Assembly: GCF_964188315.1 (NCBI RefSeq)
Contig: NC_135660.1
Coordinates: 98,766,001-98,830,000, forward strand
Length of the DNA stretch: 64,000 nucleotides
DNA from: Podarcis muralis
Lineage: Eukaryota
Direction: 5' to 3'
Notes under the pieces: generated by a model
Seen by the model: the letters and a program-made list of their open reading frames with translations, nothing else
What the model was told of the DNA's origin: nothing
The model's database searches: none
Shown: in pieces, positions 38,102 through 52,569 of the stretch
Position numbering within the stretch: the stretch's first letter is position 1
Layout of the letters: the number at the start of each line of letters is the position of its first letter
Made by a program: the position numbers and the translations under genes

Positions 38102-39584
38102 ACCCGGTATTTCTGGTACTCTCTACTTAATTCACGACACACACACATTTACCATTTGCATTTGCTTGACCGACATTTGAATCTCCACCATCCACAAGTG
38201 CGCCAACTCTAGGGGGCCATTTTGTCACCACCCCCATCAATCTCTGTTGGAAAGGGGCCAGGACCCCTGAATGCTGAGGGAGCCTGGTGTGCACCTCATG
38301 CATGCGGTGTCACACACATCGCACATTGTGTGTCCCAGCTTCAATGGCCACCTCTTCCAGAGTGCTTGGCCTTCTCCAGAAGATGAGACGTCACTCACGC
38401 ATCATGCATCACACACACACAATGTGTGCCACCCTCCAACCAGGCACCTCTGACCATCCAATACTACTAGTTATAGCTTGAAGGAAGGAATTCTTCTTCG
38501 GGTGTCTCACAGCACAATCTGAACTATGTCTACTCAGAAGTAAGTCCTAATGAAATCAAAGGGGAGGGGGTTACTTCCAGGTAAGCGGGGTTACAACTGT
38601 GGCCTTAAGATATGCATATAACAAACTGAGCTTCTCATTATCTATCATCTTTTGCTTTCTTAGCAGTAACAATACTCTCCCACTTTTTCTTATCTCACCA
38701 GAGCCAAGATAATCTTTAGATAGGCTTCTCTTTTCTCCATAAGAAACCTTGTTGTTGGTTTTTCCCTGCTTCCAGGCTGCCTGATGATAAAGCTGGAATT
38801 CCACAGCATGTATTGCTTTCTGCTGATTTACTGCTTCAAGGACAGCTAAACAGCAGCAGCACTTTGCAGCTCTTTCCGATGGTGCCTCTTAGCATTGCCC
38901 CAGCTTGCTGGCTCCCCGGGCCTGATGTCACGTGGCTGAAATAATTCCAACAGCCATCCTTCCTGACACACATATTTGGATAATTGGTATCTTTAGACAT
39001 AGTCTGACTTAGTGGTTCTTTCAGAAGCTGAAAATAGGCTCTATTGGTAAAAGATACATGCTTACATCCCAGTTTGTATTCATTTTAATGCCATGTAATG
39101 CCATTATAGTGTAAGCCCCACCCCCACCCCAGGTGTCCTTTTATTTTGCACTCTTGTTTTCCCTAACAGCATAAAGGACAGTTTGGGAAGGAGCATATTT
39201 GTCAGGAACATGAGCTGAGGGAAAGAGTTAACTGCCTACCCTGGGCACCAGGGTCTCATAAAATCAGAGAGTTGGAAGCGTGCTCATGAGATAATCTAGT
39301 CCAAGGGTGGGCAGGCTTCAGTCTTTGGAGATCTACTTTGTTTTTGTTTTGTTACTGGATCCTTGAAACCCATTGACCAGAGCCTGGTGCGTAGGATAGA
39401 CGTTTCAAATGAAATAATTTTGAGCCCAGGAATTTGTTTAGAGCACCAGAGCTGAACTGAGGTCACAATCCTGCCACACAAAAGCCACTCCTGGTTAGCT
39501 TCTCCCCTGCAAACTTTATTTCTTTGTTTGTTTGTTGCAAGGTGTGTATGTCATTTTTATGTTATTATTGTTATACAGGAGACA

Positions 39585-39621
39585 GGTTGCTTTGTTTGTT
39601 TGTTTGTTTGTTTGTTTGTTT
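39585..39621. repeat. (TTTG)n repeat, probable tail of an old retroelement
   Basis: Read directly; followed by an L2-like AATTTGTGTACCACCC motif. Confidence 0.8.
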
Positions 39622-41262
39622 AATTTGTGTACCACCCTTTATCCGCAGATCTTGGGGCAGTTCGCAACATAAAAATGCTGTCAGAAATCCTTGCCAGTTT
39701 ACTTCAAAGCACAAGAGTAAATTGTGATCTAGCTTCTGACCTCCACCGATCTAGTTCAAACTCAATAAAGAACCTGCAAAGCAGGATGCAACCACATCAC
39801 CCTTGAGCCACGAACATGTGCTTAAATGCCTTCTGCAAAGGGGAAGCCACCAGTTCTCAAGGCAATTCTCTTTCACAGTTGACCAGTTCATGTTGTTAGA
39901 AAGTTCCTTTTCATGTTTAGTGAAGAACTGCTTCCCTGCAATTTCCATTCTTTGGCTCCTGCCCTCTGGAGCAACAGTGAAGACATCTGTTCAACCATTT
40001 GCATGAAATGCCCACCAGGCTTTTCAAGACATTGTCATGGGCTCTCCTTAATCTTCTGCTCTCTAGGATAAACATAACCAACCATTTGATCTGGACAGAC
40101 CTTTCCCAGTTATTGCCCAAAATTTAGAGATCCAATAATTTCCATTGTCTTCTCTGTTTCAGCCTTGATACTGACCATCTGCTTTGACTTGACCTAAAGA
40201 TGCCACAGATTGGAGAGGGGGTTCTGTATGTCTAAAGCATGTGCTCTGTGGCTGAACCCTGCCTCTTCTCCTTGCAGCACAGGCACAAACATGTCTGAAG
40301 AGCTTCTCTATCTGGCACATGAATTAGACATGTTAAGTTTCCTGAGGCTCAGAACCTGATGCAAAGAGGGGCAGCACAGTAGAACTCAAGGGTGGCATCT
40401 GGTGGGAGGAGAGTGCAGAGCTTGCCATCATCTGACGACTTCTCTTTAAAGCAGCATTACTGACCTCTTTTCTGCCTTCAAAATGAAAACCCTCCAAGTG
40501 TCCCAATTTTCCAGAAATAGTTTCAGAATTACAGAAGCCATCTCGGTTTCTGATTTGATCCTGGAATGTCCCTGTTTCCCTTTTTCCTTCCCTCCACTTC
40601 TCAGAGAACAATTAAAAGTGATGGAGGGATCAGATGCATGCCCCCCCCGCGCCATCCTGTCCTTTTTGGAAAGAAGAGACTTTGCTGTGTAGGTGTGGGG
40701 GCACAAATGGAGTCCTGTTTATACTGCAAAAAGGTACATGCATCAAATGAAAGGAAATAGTGAAGCTGTCAGCACTATTCTGGCAGCCCTTCTTATAATT
40801 TTGAAGGGAAATGTCACCAACGCTTTAAATTATTTAATTGCAATGCTTCAACAGCCAGCAATTTTTCAAGGAAATGCATGGAGTGTTTATTCCTTTATGG
40901 TGGCCTTACACTGCAATACTAAGCATTTTTTACTCAGAAGTAAGTAAGAATTCACTCAGTTTACTCTTTGGTATGTTCCTGCTCATTTTCACAGTTTCTG
41001 TCGTTGTTGTTGTTGCTGCTGCTGCTGCCCACCTTTTCCCCTGACTCAAGTCAGCTTACCTCTGAAAATTTATTTCATTTCATTTATCTGTGGAAGGTGT
41101 TGTACACGATCCCTTCCCTCACACATTTTTTCTTTACAACAATCCTGTGAGGTAGGTTCGGTGGAGAGGTTGCAATTGGCTCAAGGTGACAGATGTACCA
41201 TACATGATGTCTATGTGTGCAGCAAGATCAACCGCGGGAAAAGCTTCCTATTGTAGAATAGG

Positions 41263-41621
41263 TAAAGGTAAAGGTACCCCTGCCCGTACGGGCCAGTCTT
41301 GACCGACTCTGGGGTTGCGCGCCCATCTCACTTAAGAGGCCGGGGGCCAGCGCTGTCCGGAGACACTTCCGGGTCACGTGGCCAGCGTGACAAAGCTGCA
41401 TCTGGCGAGCAAGCGCAGCACACGGAACGCCGTTTACCTTCCCGCTGGTAAGCGGTCCCTATTTATCTACTTGCACCCGGGGGTGCTTTCGAACTGCAAG
41501 GTTGGCAGGCGCTGGGACCGAGCAGCGGGAGCGCACCCCGCCGCGGGGATTCGAACTGCCGACCTTTTGATCGGCAAGCCCTAGGCACTGAGGCTTTTAC
41601 CCACAGCGCCACCCGCGTCCC
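41263..41621 (-). mobile_element. Sauria SINE, subfamily B
   Basis: Full body; TSD TGTAGAATAGG at 41252-41262 and 41625-41635. Confidence 0.92.
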
Positions 41622-43030
41622 TGGTGTAGAATAGGATGCCCTTATTTTCATCTGAGAAATGTTGGAGGGTATGAAAATATATTTATATGTCTGGTCCTTG
41701 TGTGCTTCAACCTACCTCTTTCTCACTGGGGCCAAATTAGACATGAAGACAAGAGATCCATGACCAACTTTGTGCATGAAATTCATATCAGAAGCATGGT
41801 ACTGTGTGTCAACCTCCCTGCCCCCACATAGCATTTTCCCTGTGAAAAATGTCCCCCTTCTTAAAGTTCCTATTTGCTTTCATGGAAAACTTTGCATCAG
41901 GGAGCAACCTGTGTGCCTTCAAGGGCCAGATGCAGTGATGAGAGGCTGTATGGGGGCTGCTTGCTGCGGGGGGGGGGGGCAGTGAGTGGAGCCATTCTCA
42001 CACACCTCACACACTCGCTTACTCACTCACTCATTCTCTCTCGTGGACCACCCTTCCCCATATGAACCTTCCTGGACCCTGATCTTGCCACCTGGGGCTC
42101 TTCTCTGCATGGCCTCCTCTGTCGTTGCCCCTCAGGGTTCCTTGCCTTGCACCAAATCTGTCATTGTTTTGGCACACTTTTGTTTTTTGAGATGTTTGGG
42201 CAGCACCAACAATACGGCTGTATTGGCAAATCTGCTTTTAATATGTTAGTGAAATTTTATTATTTTATTTTATTTTATTTTACTTGGTGGTAAATTGCTT
42301 TAAGACTTCTTTAGTGCTTATGTCCACATCTGTTACATACCCCCTTCCAGGTGTGGGTTGCCCACCTGTGCCTTACATGGATTACGGCTATAATTCGCAT
42401 GTTTATGTGATGGTACCACCTTCACACGATAGGCATACACAAATCAGCCTGTAACAAACATCATCCCTCCTTTCTGATGAGGTAAAGTTTAGCACTCCTC
42501 TGCACTGTGTTTAAAATTCTCTAATTTCTTCTCTTTATTATCTTCCAGATTATTTTGAGCTTCCATTCTTCATATCTCACTCCAACACCCCATACCCCCA
42601 ATTACCGGAGTAAAAACAAATATATCAATATAGATTTTCCCATAATAAATATACAGATGTTTTATAATAAACATACCATCAACCTGACATTAACAGTAAC
42701 CAAATAGTTAAATAACAGTGCCAATAATGTGACAAAATGACAGTATGAGAAAAAAATAACAAAAAACCCCAAATAAAAGTAATAATAAGAAGAAGAGTGT
42801 TTCACGTTAACCAAAAAGCGGTCTGAACTGGTTCAGGATTTCTTTCTGACTCTAATAATCTGAACCATATCACAAGGATACTGGAAATGCTGTCTTTGCA
42901 TCCTGGGTGTATTCTGTGGTGCATAGGAAAAGTTCAGAGTGCTGTATTCAGTACTGAATTCAGCATCCATAAAATCTTAGTTTTTATATATACCCGTGTT
43001 TATATATGTACCCGTGAAAATCTACGAAAG

Positions 43031-43033
<3 letters not shown>

Positions 43034-43078
<45 letters not shown>
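43034..43078. repeat. (AT)n microsatellite
   Basis: Read directly from the sequence. Confidence 0.95.
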
Positions 43079-43081
<3 letters not shown>

Positions 43082-45134
43082 CTAGTTTCTGACCTAATGG
43101 ATGTGAAGCTAGATTTGAAAGGCCAGAACTAGACATTACTCAAGTTGCCTGGAAACCACCAAAACAACAGACTCACACCTCCATTTCTTTTCTGAAATGC
43201 ATGATGCCGTGCCATCCTCTTTCTCTGAGCTTAGTTCACTTTGTGGGCTGCTGATTGTGGAGACAGGGAAGGGATGAGTGTGGGGAGCAAACATGTGGCC
43301 TGAATTGTTGGTGTTGTTGTGTTGTTTTTTATTACATGCTGCTTGTGGAGGGTGTGGGAGAGGAGACCTGGAGTTGCTATCCAAAACATATGAGCGATGC
43401 TTACTGTAACCTCAAAGGCAAAGGGGGCAGCATCTCATTGTCCTGTCCCCAAATTAGAAAAATATATATGAAAATAATAAAATACGCCACACACATTTAC
43501 GTAAAATGGGGGAGCACATTTGTTGAGTGCATAATTTGCATGGTTCGCAGAATTCAGATTTCCTTGACACAAAGCTTGGATTGCCTGTATGCAGAATTTT
43601 AATTCCTTTATTGGCATTTACCAAGCTCTGATTATGGGTTCATCAAAGCTCCACATGGTCTTTGGTGGAGGTCTTTGCCAGAGACTGAAGCTGGGGCTTC
43701 CTGCATGCAGCTGATGTCCATTGCCACTAAACCATGGTCACTATGCTGCTGGCTTCCCAGATGATAAATAGGCTTAAGGTAGCAGTGGCTAATGCTTTTT
43801 GACCCAGGGACTATAGTCAACCTTGGCCAACACTCTGAGGCCCACAAGACCACACACCCACCCCACAGAGAGAGAGTACACCCAGGCAGACATATGTGAG
43901 CACACAGCCCCACTTCCTCAGCTGAGCTGTGGCGATCATTGCACCCTGTTCACTCAAGTAATTTGGGAGGGGGGTGGTTTGCATCCCCATCAGTGCACTG
44001 GGTTCTGCCCAGCCCAACACTGGGTTGACTTTCTTTTTCTTTTCTTTTCCACTTCTGCCAAAATCTGTGGGGTCTTGGGAAAGCAGAAAAAAATGCTTGT
44101 GGGGCAGAGATTAGGCCCCCAAACTAAGAGTTATCACCCCTGACTTAAAGCAGTCTGTTATCACAGGAGCAGATCAGAGTCTAGCCCTTAAATTATTCAA
44201 TCAGTCTTTTAATCATAAATTACTGAAAATCTGCAGATCCTACATTCCTCTGAAGGTGTTCAAGAGTCCCCTTTCCCCAGCTATTATTATTCTTGTGGTT
44301 TCTTACCCCTCTACTTAACCTTCTGCTTTGGCTTCAGATGAACCTACAATCCCAAAGCAAAACACAGCTGAAATGGCCATGTTTAGTCTGAGTTTGGTTT
44401 AAACCATAAAAAGCCACCAAGCACCACATCAATCAGAGTCAGACATTTTTGGGAGTTCCCCAGGTTCACTGAACAAGTTCACGAACTTGGTGAATATTTT
44501 GGTTAATGTAGTTCAGGGATGGAAAAAGGCCCAATTCTTACCAGAGATACAATTGATACAGTAGTTGTTCACCCTGAAACTTTGAATGTGAAGACCATCA
44601 TCTTCCAGCAAACACAGTCATTTTCCATACTAGCACAATATTAGGTCCATGTTCACATGCTACCAGCATATTACCAACACACACAAAAAAGAAGAAAACC
44701 CTTCCCCATAATTGGCTCCAATATGGAACCCGAAATTTGCTTCAAATTCATTTTTAAAAATGTCTGCAGCAGTTCTAAGGATGCAGTCAGTTACCAGTTC
44801 CAATTTCAAAATGAGCCCAAGAGACTTGCGGATCACTACTAATATAGCATAGTGGAGGATGCAGGGCCAATTCACATGAACGAATATTTCTAATCTACAT
44901 ATGAATTGATGCCCTTTACATCAAAAGGAAGAATCTAGGATGCTAAGAGGGGGGAACAAGCACTAGGACTACACAGTACTGAAGAGCTTTCTGGGGTAAA
45001 GGGGAAATGCCTCACACAATTTAAAACAGGGTTACTGTACTAAGGTTCCACGTTGCATACGTACAAGAGTTATGCCACTTGGTTTCATTAATCTGTGCCA
45101 ATATATTGACATTTGACTTGCCACATTAACATGT

Positions 45135-45184
<50 letters not shown>
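45135..45184. repeat. (GAAA)n(GA)n microsatellite ~100 bp into WNT7B intron 2
   Basis: Read directly; it is a pyrimidine tract on the transcribed strand. Confidence 0.95.
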
Positions 45185-45186
<2 letters not shown>

Positions 45187-45282
45187 TATCTGATCTACTG
45201 AGGATGATAATTACATTTGGCATCTATTATATGCCTGTTAATATGCTTTTCCTCTTCAACATTACTTGAAGGAATCCCTTAC

Positions 45283-45509
45283 CTACTCGAAGCTCTTGAC
45301 CAAAGACTGTTTTCTCTCCCAGGGCTGAGCAGTTCCACCTGCCATATCGGAACTGGTACTGGCATTCATTGATCCCCATCTGGGCCCCTTCTCCGATCAC
45401 TATGATGGCATCGGGACGACTCTGGCAGATTGCTCGCTGCCGAGGGGCCAAGCCTGGGATTTTGTTGCAGATTATGTTTGCTCCTAAAGCCACCACAGAT
45501 GACAAAGCT
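45283..45509 (-). CDS. WNT7B: WNT7B coding exon 2
   Basis: Translates (G)[75 protein letters not shown](G). Acceptor TTTAG at 45514-45510, donor GTAAGG from 45282. Length 227 bp, as recalled for vertebrate WNT7B exon 2. Confidence 0.97.
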
Positions 45510-48124
45510 CTAAAGAAAAGCAGAGAAGAAGCATTAGAGCTAATGGAAGCCATTAATTCCATTTCCTTGATAGCATAGCATGCTGGACAAGGCAACTGGC
45601 TAAGAGCAAAAGGGCTGGAAGGGGGCTCCTATAATTACGCACACTTATCCCAACCTCTTTGGTCTGGCAGTGGGGCTGGAAACCTTGCATGACTTTCGGT
45701 AATGCCTAGTTTTGCTTGGGCCAGAGTTACCACATGTGCAATCTGTCTTACAAAACGTTGGCACTTCCAGCTTCTGCCTGTGATCATACGAGGCAATGAG
45801 GAGATGTGAGAAATAGATATTAAAAATCTGATTTGGATTTTTTGGAAATCTTGCTAACTGAAGGGCAGATTAAGTTTAGTGGGCACTGGCTCCGCCTCAC
45901 TGCAGAATGCTTTCAAGCCAGTTCATCCCTTTCTAATTTTAAACCACAACATAAAAAGTAGGGGATGACTTTATTCAACCAACATTCACGCTCATTATTA
46001 TAAGCACGAGGTGATGAATGATTAATAGGAGCTTGCGAGCACAAATTTCAGAGTCAGGTTTTTCAGACCTGGAAAACGGTCTGGAACTTTTCACAGAAGT
46101 GTCTCAAACGTTTAAACAGAGTAAAAGAAACATTTTCAATAACTGCAGCAGACATGCTTGCAATTTTCATTAAAGTTTTTGTCTTCTGCAGTATGCTATC
46201 TCAGTGATAAACAGTTTTGAGGCTGCAGTGCCCTTAGCAAAGGGGAGCTGGCCCTGCTGGAAACAAGTTGTGCTTCAAAATGAATCAGGAGGATTAAGCT
46301 ATGGCTTTAACGCCAGAGCAAGAGATTGTACTGCTTTATTTATTATTTTAAAAACTTATATACTGCTTTTCACTTATCTCAAAGCAGTTTGCAATGTACA
46401 TGAAACCATTACAGTAAATAACAGAACATCCATATAGTCATATAATTTCAAGAACTAAAGCAACCAGAATCAATAAAGTGCTCAATAGTCAATAAATGCT
46501 GTAGAAAACTAAAAGGCCTTTAATTGTCTGTGAAAGCCCCTCATAGTCAGTGGTCACCAGATCTCCATAGGGAGTTCATTCCATAAAATGCAACATCTGC
46601 ACTGCAATACATAGGCAGCCCCTAGGAGCCTCGCAGTGGTTTCCATTCTAATATCCAGAGGTGAAGATCAAAAAGCACCACAGTGTTGGAGAGGAAGCTG
46701 GAATAGTAGGGGTGGTATTCAACTAAGTTTTACTCAGAGTTGACCCATTGAAACTAATGGGGATCTGATGACTTCTCATCCATTACAGAGTGGTACAACA
46801 GATGTTGTTGGCTAAACTAACAAATTTGAGAGACAACTTTTTGTTTAGGTGGAATGTCTTTATTCAACATTATATTAGATAAGGTTTTTCACTAGATATG
46901 AGTCATGGGTACTCTCACTGCCCACACCATTCATGGCACCAGTCCTGCAAGTCCACTACATGCAGCAAATAAAAGAAGAGAAAAAGTTTGCAGCAGGGAC
47001 TGAAACACATTACAATATATGTAATGCCATTTCCAAGGTTGTGCTTTAGAGCAAGGCATCCTTGACGGACACCTTAGCCAGGTAGAGACAAGGTGTGGGA
47101 TGTGAACTTGAGGGATGTCTTATGCAACCTCTAAGCTTCCTTGTGCTTTGTGAAAAGTGAAAATGGGAGCGTTTTAAGTAGTGGAGTCCCTAGCCAGTCT
47201 TGGAGCCCTTGTATAGTGAACTGTGCAAATGTTGAAATGTTATAGGGAATAACCATATCTATTTTGAAGTTCCTTTTCCCAGCAGCAGTTTTAGGCATTA
47301 AAGAAATGCAAACAGAATATTAACATGCTCATTGTTACATTGGATTCTGGAATTTTTGGACCTGTTAGGGATTCAAATTGATCAGGCCTGGTCCTGCCTG
47401 GCACTCGCTGTGACCAAACAGGGCCTCCTGGCTTAATTGTTTTCATGCTGTTGCTCTATTGTTGGTTTTATTAATTGTGCTGCTTTTAATTTTTGCTATG
47501 TTGTATATATTATTGTACTTTGTGTATTGTTGGAAACCACTCCAGGATGGCATTGTCATGATGAAGCACTGTCTATGAATTGGAGGAGTGACTAGGTCCT
47601 CTATTTCCACAGATGCTTCCTGTTTGAGGTCCTGGCTTCCATGCTTTCACAACAGTCCATGTGACCTAATCTCTGGTCATTTGATCAGCTGATGCTCATC
47701 CATTCGTGCTTCAAACCCATCTTAGGGTCCACTTGGCTCTCTTTATTATCTTTGCTACTTTCACTATAGGCGACCTAAGACATCAGTGACTGACCATACG
47801 CTTTTCAGGCAGAAGGTTGGGTCCCATCCCCAGCTCATATTCAAAATCCCTCCAGTTAAAACAAATCTTCAGTAGCAGAAACATGCCTACCTGAGACCTC
47901 AGAGGACCAGATACTAGGCTAGACGGACCAATTATCTGTTTAAATTTAAGGCAGCTTCTTATATTTTTCCTCCTTCCATAGCCATACATGCTTCTGTGTA
48001 GCATCACACTTACTGAGCCCAACAATCAGGCTGTTTCACACTGTGTATGCACATCTCTTGATGTCCCATAGCTGAATGTGTGAACTGGCTCCACTGACAG
48101 AATTGTCTTTATTTATATCTATAC

Positions 48125-48497
48125 GGTGACGCGGGTGGCGCGGTGACGCGGGTGGCGCTGTGGGTAAAAGCCTCAGCGCCTGGGGCTTGCCGATCGAAAG
48201 GTCGGCGGTTCGAATCCCCACAGCGGGGTGCGCTCCCGTCGTTCGGTCCCAGCGCCTGCCAACCTAGCAGTTCGAAAGCACTCCCGGGTGCAAGTAGATA
48301 AATAGGGACCGCTTTCTAGCGGGAAGGTAAACGGCGTTTCCGTGTGTGGCTCTGGCTCGCCAGAGCAGCGATGTCACGCTGGCCACGTGACCCGGAAGTG
48401 TCTCCGGACAGCGCTGGCCCCCGGCCTATCGAGTGAGATGGGCGCACAACCCTAGAGTCTGGCAAGACTGGCCCGTATGGGCAGGGGTACCTTTACC
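48125..48497 (+). mobile_element. Sauria SINE, subfamily B, with a duplicated 17-bp 5' end
   Basis: GGTGACGCGGGTGGCGC twice, then full body; TSD TATATCTATAC at 48114-48124 and 48498-48508. Confidence 0.92.
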
Positions 48498-51400
48498 TAT
48501 ATCTATACCACCCTTCCAATAGCAGTCACTCAAAGTAGCTTACAAAAAGAATAATTTAAAAACAGAAGGAGTACATGAAGCAACATGAAACTTCCAGGGC
48601 TGGATCTACACATGGAACAGAATCAGGTGACAGAGGCTTGAGATGGTAGAACAGACTGTCCCACTCTGTACCATGCATGGAGGGAGCAATTGCATTTTTA
48701 CTGCTCCCCTACATAAAACAGACCAAAAAATCCTCCCCAGAAGTCAAAGTGAAGGCCATAGGTCACTCTCCTCCCTGCTGTACAGGAAGGCTGTTTGTTT
48801 AACAAAAGGGAGACTTGAAGGAATATGCTCACACACCTGTAGTCTGAAGTGGTGCAGAGTATTCTACCAATGTTAAGTCTCTACTACCTGATTCTGCCCC
48901 ATGTATAGAAGCCAGCTTACCTCCATGTTCTGCAATGGCTTATTCACATATAGAAGCCACCATTTGATCCTGCAGTCCATGAATAAATGAATTGAATGAA
49001 GGAATGCAGCGATGAGTGTCCATGTATGACTGTTGTGTAGCATCTCTCACATCTGTATCTGAAATGGAACTGACATTCCCTGAAAAGTGCTATGGTCCTG
49101 GTGATGTAGGAAGTTTATAAGGCCATCCCTGTTTCTTGACAATAATATACTGATATACTGCTTTATAGCAGTTAAAGTACTTGTCATAACTGAGAAAATT
49201 TACACAAACTAGAGAGTTCATAGCAGTGGCTTCTATGATTCAGAGCTCAGGCTCTTAGCTACCTAACCAGATATAACATTTCCAGTTCTCACCTTTCTGG
49301 GTGATTTCATTGATCAGAGAGAGAATAAATTTTGCGCTTATTTTACAAGCAATCCAATCAAATTCCAAACATTACAGTCCCATACAAAGCATTATTGCAA
49401 TGCCATTCTCAGTGACTAACATAATACAAAAATAATATTTGCTGATCAACTCACTTAATCATGAATGCCAACAGAGTATGCTTCATGATGGCTCATGTAC
49501 AAAACCACAATGGAATGCAGAGATCCAGGCAAGGCATGGCTTTGAAGGTGCTGCTGTAGAGGAGGCAGCTGCCATTCAAAGAAAAAAATTGTGTATATAG
49601 AATACCTGTGGCTTTGCGCGATAATTCCATGTCCTATTTGCTCAAAATGCAAGCTTCACGTGCGTCCTCACAAGGCAGCATGCAAGCACCTGTCCTTAGA
49701 CAATAAATGTCCTTGGCTTCCAATTGGCTTGTCCTTTAAGCCTTAGGTGGCCTGGGCTCAGGGTGCCCAAATGACCACCTGCTCCCATGCAAACCTGCCC
49801 ACCTTTACAACTATTCACTGTGTTCTAACTTTAGATTCTTACAGAGCTAGAAAATATTAGGCAAATATATACAAAATATAAGGCATTTGGTTCCTTTAAA
49901 AATATATAGCTGCTGTTGGGGGTGGGGTCTTAGTCCTCTTTTGGCTCAGCCTTACCAATATATCCTCCAGCTTTGCTTTTATCTCACTCTTAAGTGGTTG
50001 CCATAAATGATTGCCAGCAGAAATGCTGAGTCATGAGACTGGGGTTTGGAAAATTCTTTATTTATATTAAATAAATGTGCCTAACAATTTCAGGCTTCCT
50101 CTTGAGCTATTCCTTGCAGGCTTCCTCATTTTGTTTGTCACACATTCGAATGTGGTATGTTGCACATTTAGGTCTTGGCATATTGCGAGCTACATCTGCA
50201 GCTGGATTTGAGGGTGTTTTTGCTTCATAGCAGCTGAAAAACAAATTAATGTGCTGTATTTTGGCACTGGCACCTATTTAATCTTTCCTCACAGTGCAAT
50301 ATCCTTTTTTATCAGAGGAAATCCTGAATGCCATGTTTTATCAAGACTTCTAGTGCCATGTGTGACCAGATTACACTGCATAAAAGCATCAGACTAAGCT
50401 ATACAGCATAGCTTGGATATCAGTAGCAATAAGTGACTGGGGAAAAGCAGAGAGCTATTTGGTTTATCATCAACTGAACTAATGACCAGTCCCTAATCTT
50501 TTTTAGTGTTGTAAACAGAAGTTGACCTAAAACAAAAGTTGAAGTAACTCCAGATTTTATTAGTTACTTACTTGAATTGGAGCCAAATTCCACTTGATGG
50601 CTCTTGATGGAATGTACCAATTCAAAATGCAACTGGGGTGACTACACCTCTGGATGCCCCCCCCCCCCACATTACTAAACATGTTAAGCAAAAAGGTTTT
50701 AGCCTGGCTTCTCCCCATGGCAAATCACATGGAACCTTTTTTAAAAAATAAAACAAAATGTGGAAATATCACAGGTTGGTTGAAGGGGTCAACAACCAGA
50801 TTTCTCTCTGTTTTCTGTTTTCCCCCACCCACCCACCCATCCACATTTACAAAAAGCCCAGCAATATAAGAGTGCCATTTTCCCAGGAAGGTAGACAAAA
50901 TATGGTGGTCTACGGTAGAACCCACAGAGTTCCCCCCCCCCCTGCAACAATCTTCTCCTCTCCCCCCCCCCCTTATTGGGCAAGGTTCCCTTCTGGGCAT
51001 GCTCTAACTATTCCTCATCTACTGGCTTGGCTTTCCTTGTTTAAATATTGAGTTTCTATCCAGTTTGGCTAACCAGCTCAATCTAGGGTGCTTTGAGAAT
51101 TCAATTTGGTTGAATGGTTGGATAAAGAATTAATTAATTGAAATAACTCTTTGTGGCAGAATATAGGAGCACATCAGGAGTGTGGGGCTGAACCCCTTTG
51201 AGCTCTGCCAATATTTGTTAGTGGGGGCGAGCCCCCTCAATGTTCATCTGGCCGTGTTGCCCGGATGTGATGCTGTCATGTGCGGCATCCTGGCTTCGTG
51301 CAGTTGCATGAGCCAGGGGTATGGAGGCTCCTCCTTCTTCTGCCACATAGGGGAAGCGGCCCCTGACCCGTGGCGGTGGCAGAAGGCGGAGGAAGTGGAA

Positions 51401-52569
51401 GAGCCACTGGTCATGGAAGCTGAGCGTCAGCCCCCACAATATCTTTGCAGAGTCGACGAGCCTGAAACATATTACAATATTCTTAATATATAAAAATTCA
51501 GATTCATTGGATTCAGGTTACTATGTGATTTAATACTGCTTAGGATATATAAATTCCATCCCCAGTTAATAGTTTATGGAATTATAGACTGTGTACATTT
51601 AGTTTCAAAATAACAAAGAGATGTTCTCTGCTGATATGGGGACGGAGGATTTAATGTTAAGGTTCTACTACAACACTAGAGAGGCATTTAAATCTTACTT
51701 ACAGCACGAAGGAAGGGGAAGGGATGCTGATTCTGTGCTCAGGATGACTTAAATGCCTTCTTAGGGCCAGTTTTCTCATATTTATACCTTACACAGTTAT
51801 GTGCATTATAACCAAGAGGGGTGTGTCTCCATGCCAGGAAGCTACAGCTAAGTTGCTACTCCCTGGATCATGTCCCTGAGATTATTTGAAAATGCACCAT
51901 TTCAATTCATTCCCCATTGGGAATATTGGTTTACATTTGGCTGAATTCAAATTATCCCCAACAAGCCTAAATGACCTGTTCAGGGAATACTGGTGTTTCC
52001 CAGTGGCTGCATAAAGTGGAATATAGTTCTTATAGCTGCTGGAATGGCAATCATAAACAGCAACACAACAAAAACGTAAATAACACCAAGAAAAGAGGTA
52101 CTTAGAAATAAAGGGGATGAAATGTTTTGTTTTATTTTTCCTTGCCACCAACTCAACCATCTTAAGGAAGATGCCTAGAAATCCCTTCCACCCTTGAAAA
52201 TGTTGACTTGCTACATTTTATGCAACCAAAGCATCTGAAGTGAAGGCGAGGTGAGGAGGAAGGGTGAAAAAATCCACATGCTTTTGTGCCATGGTGCAAG
52301 AAGTAGGGGAAGCTCCTCCCATGTTTGATCTCACTGCAACAGTGGTGGTGCACTGCCACACACATATATCTCAAACACTCCATAGTCTCCAGCAGTCAAC
52401 CTTCATACCGTCTTGCCATTTTCCCTACTGCTCAGCTCCCAGTTCTTGTCTAAACCTTACACACATAACTAGAGGCTGATTTCTGGGTTGATTTTTGCAT
52501 CACTGCCCTCAGTGGGCGCCGGTTTCACCAACCCCCAGGTATGCCTCTGGATCACTCTAACCCCCCAAT

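Noticed and set aside
45510-45595. In-frame N-terminal extension of the exon 2 ORF ([29 protein letters not shown]) as an alternative WNT7B start
   Set aside because: It is the polypyrimidine tract and acceptor of intron 1 read in frame. It is not a convincing signal peptide and matches neither known WNT7B N-terminus.
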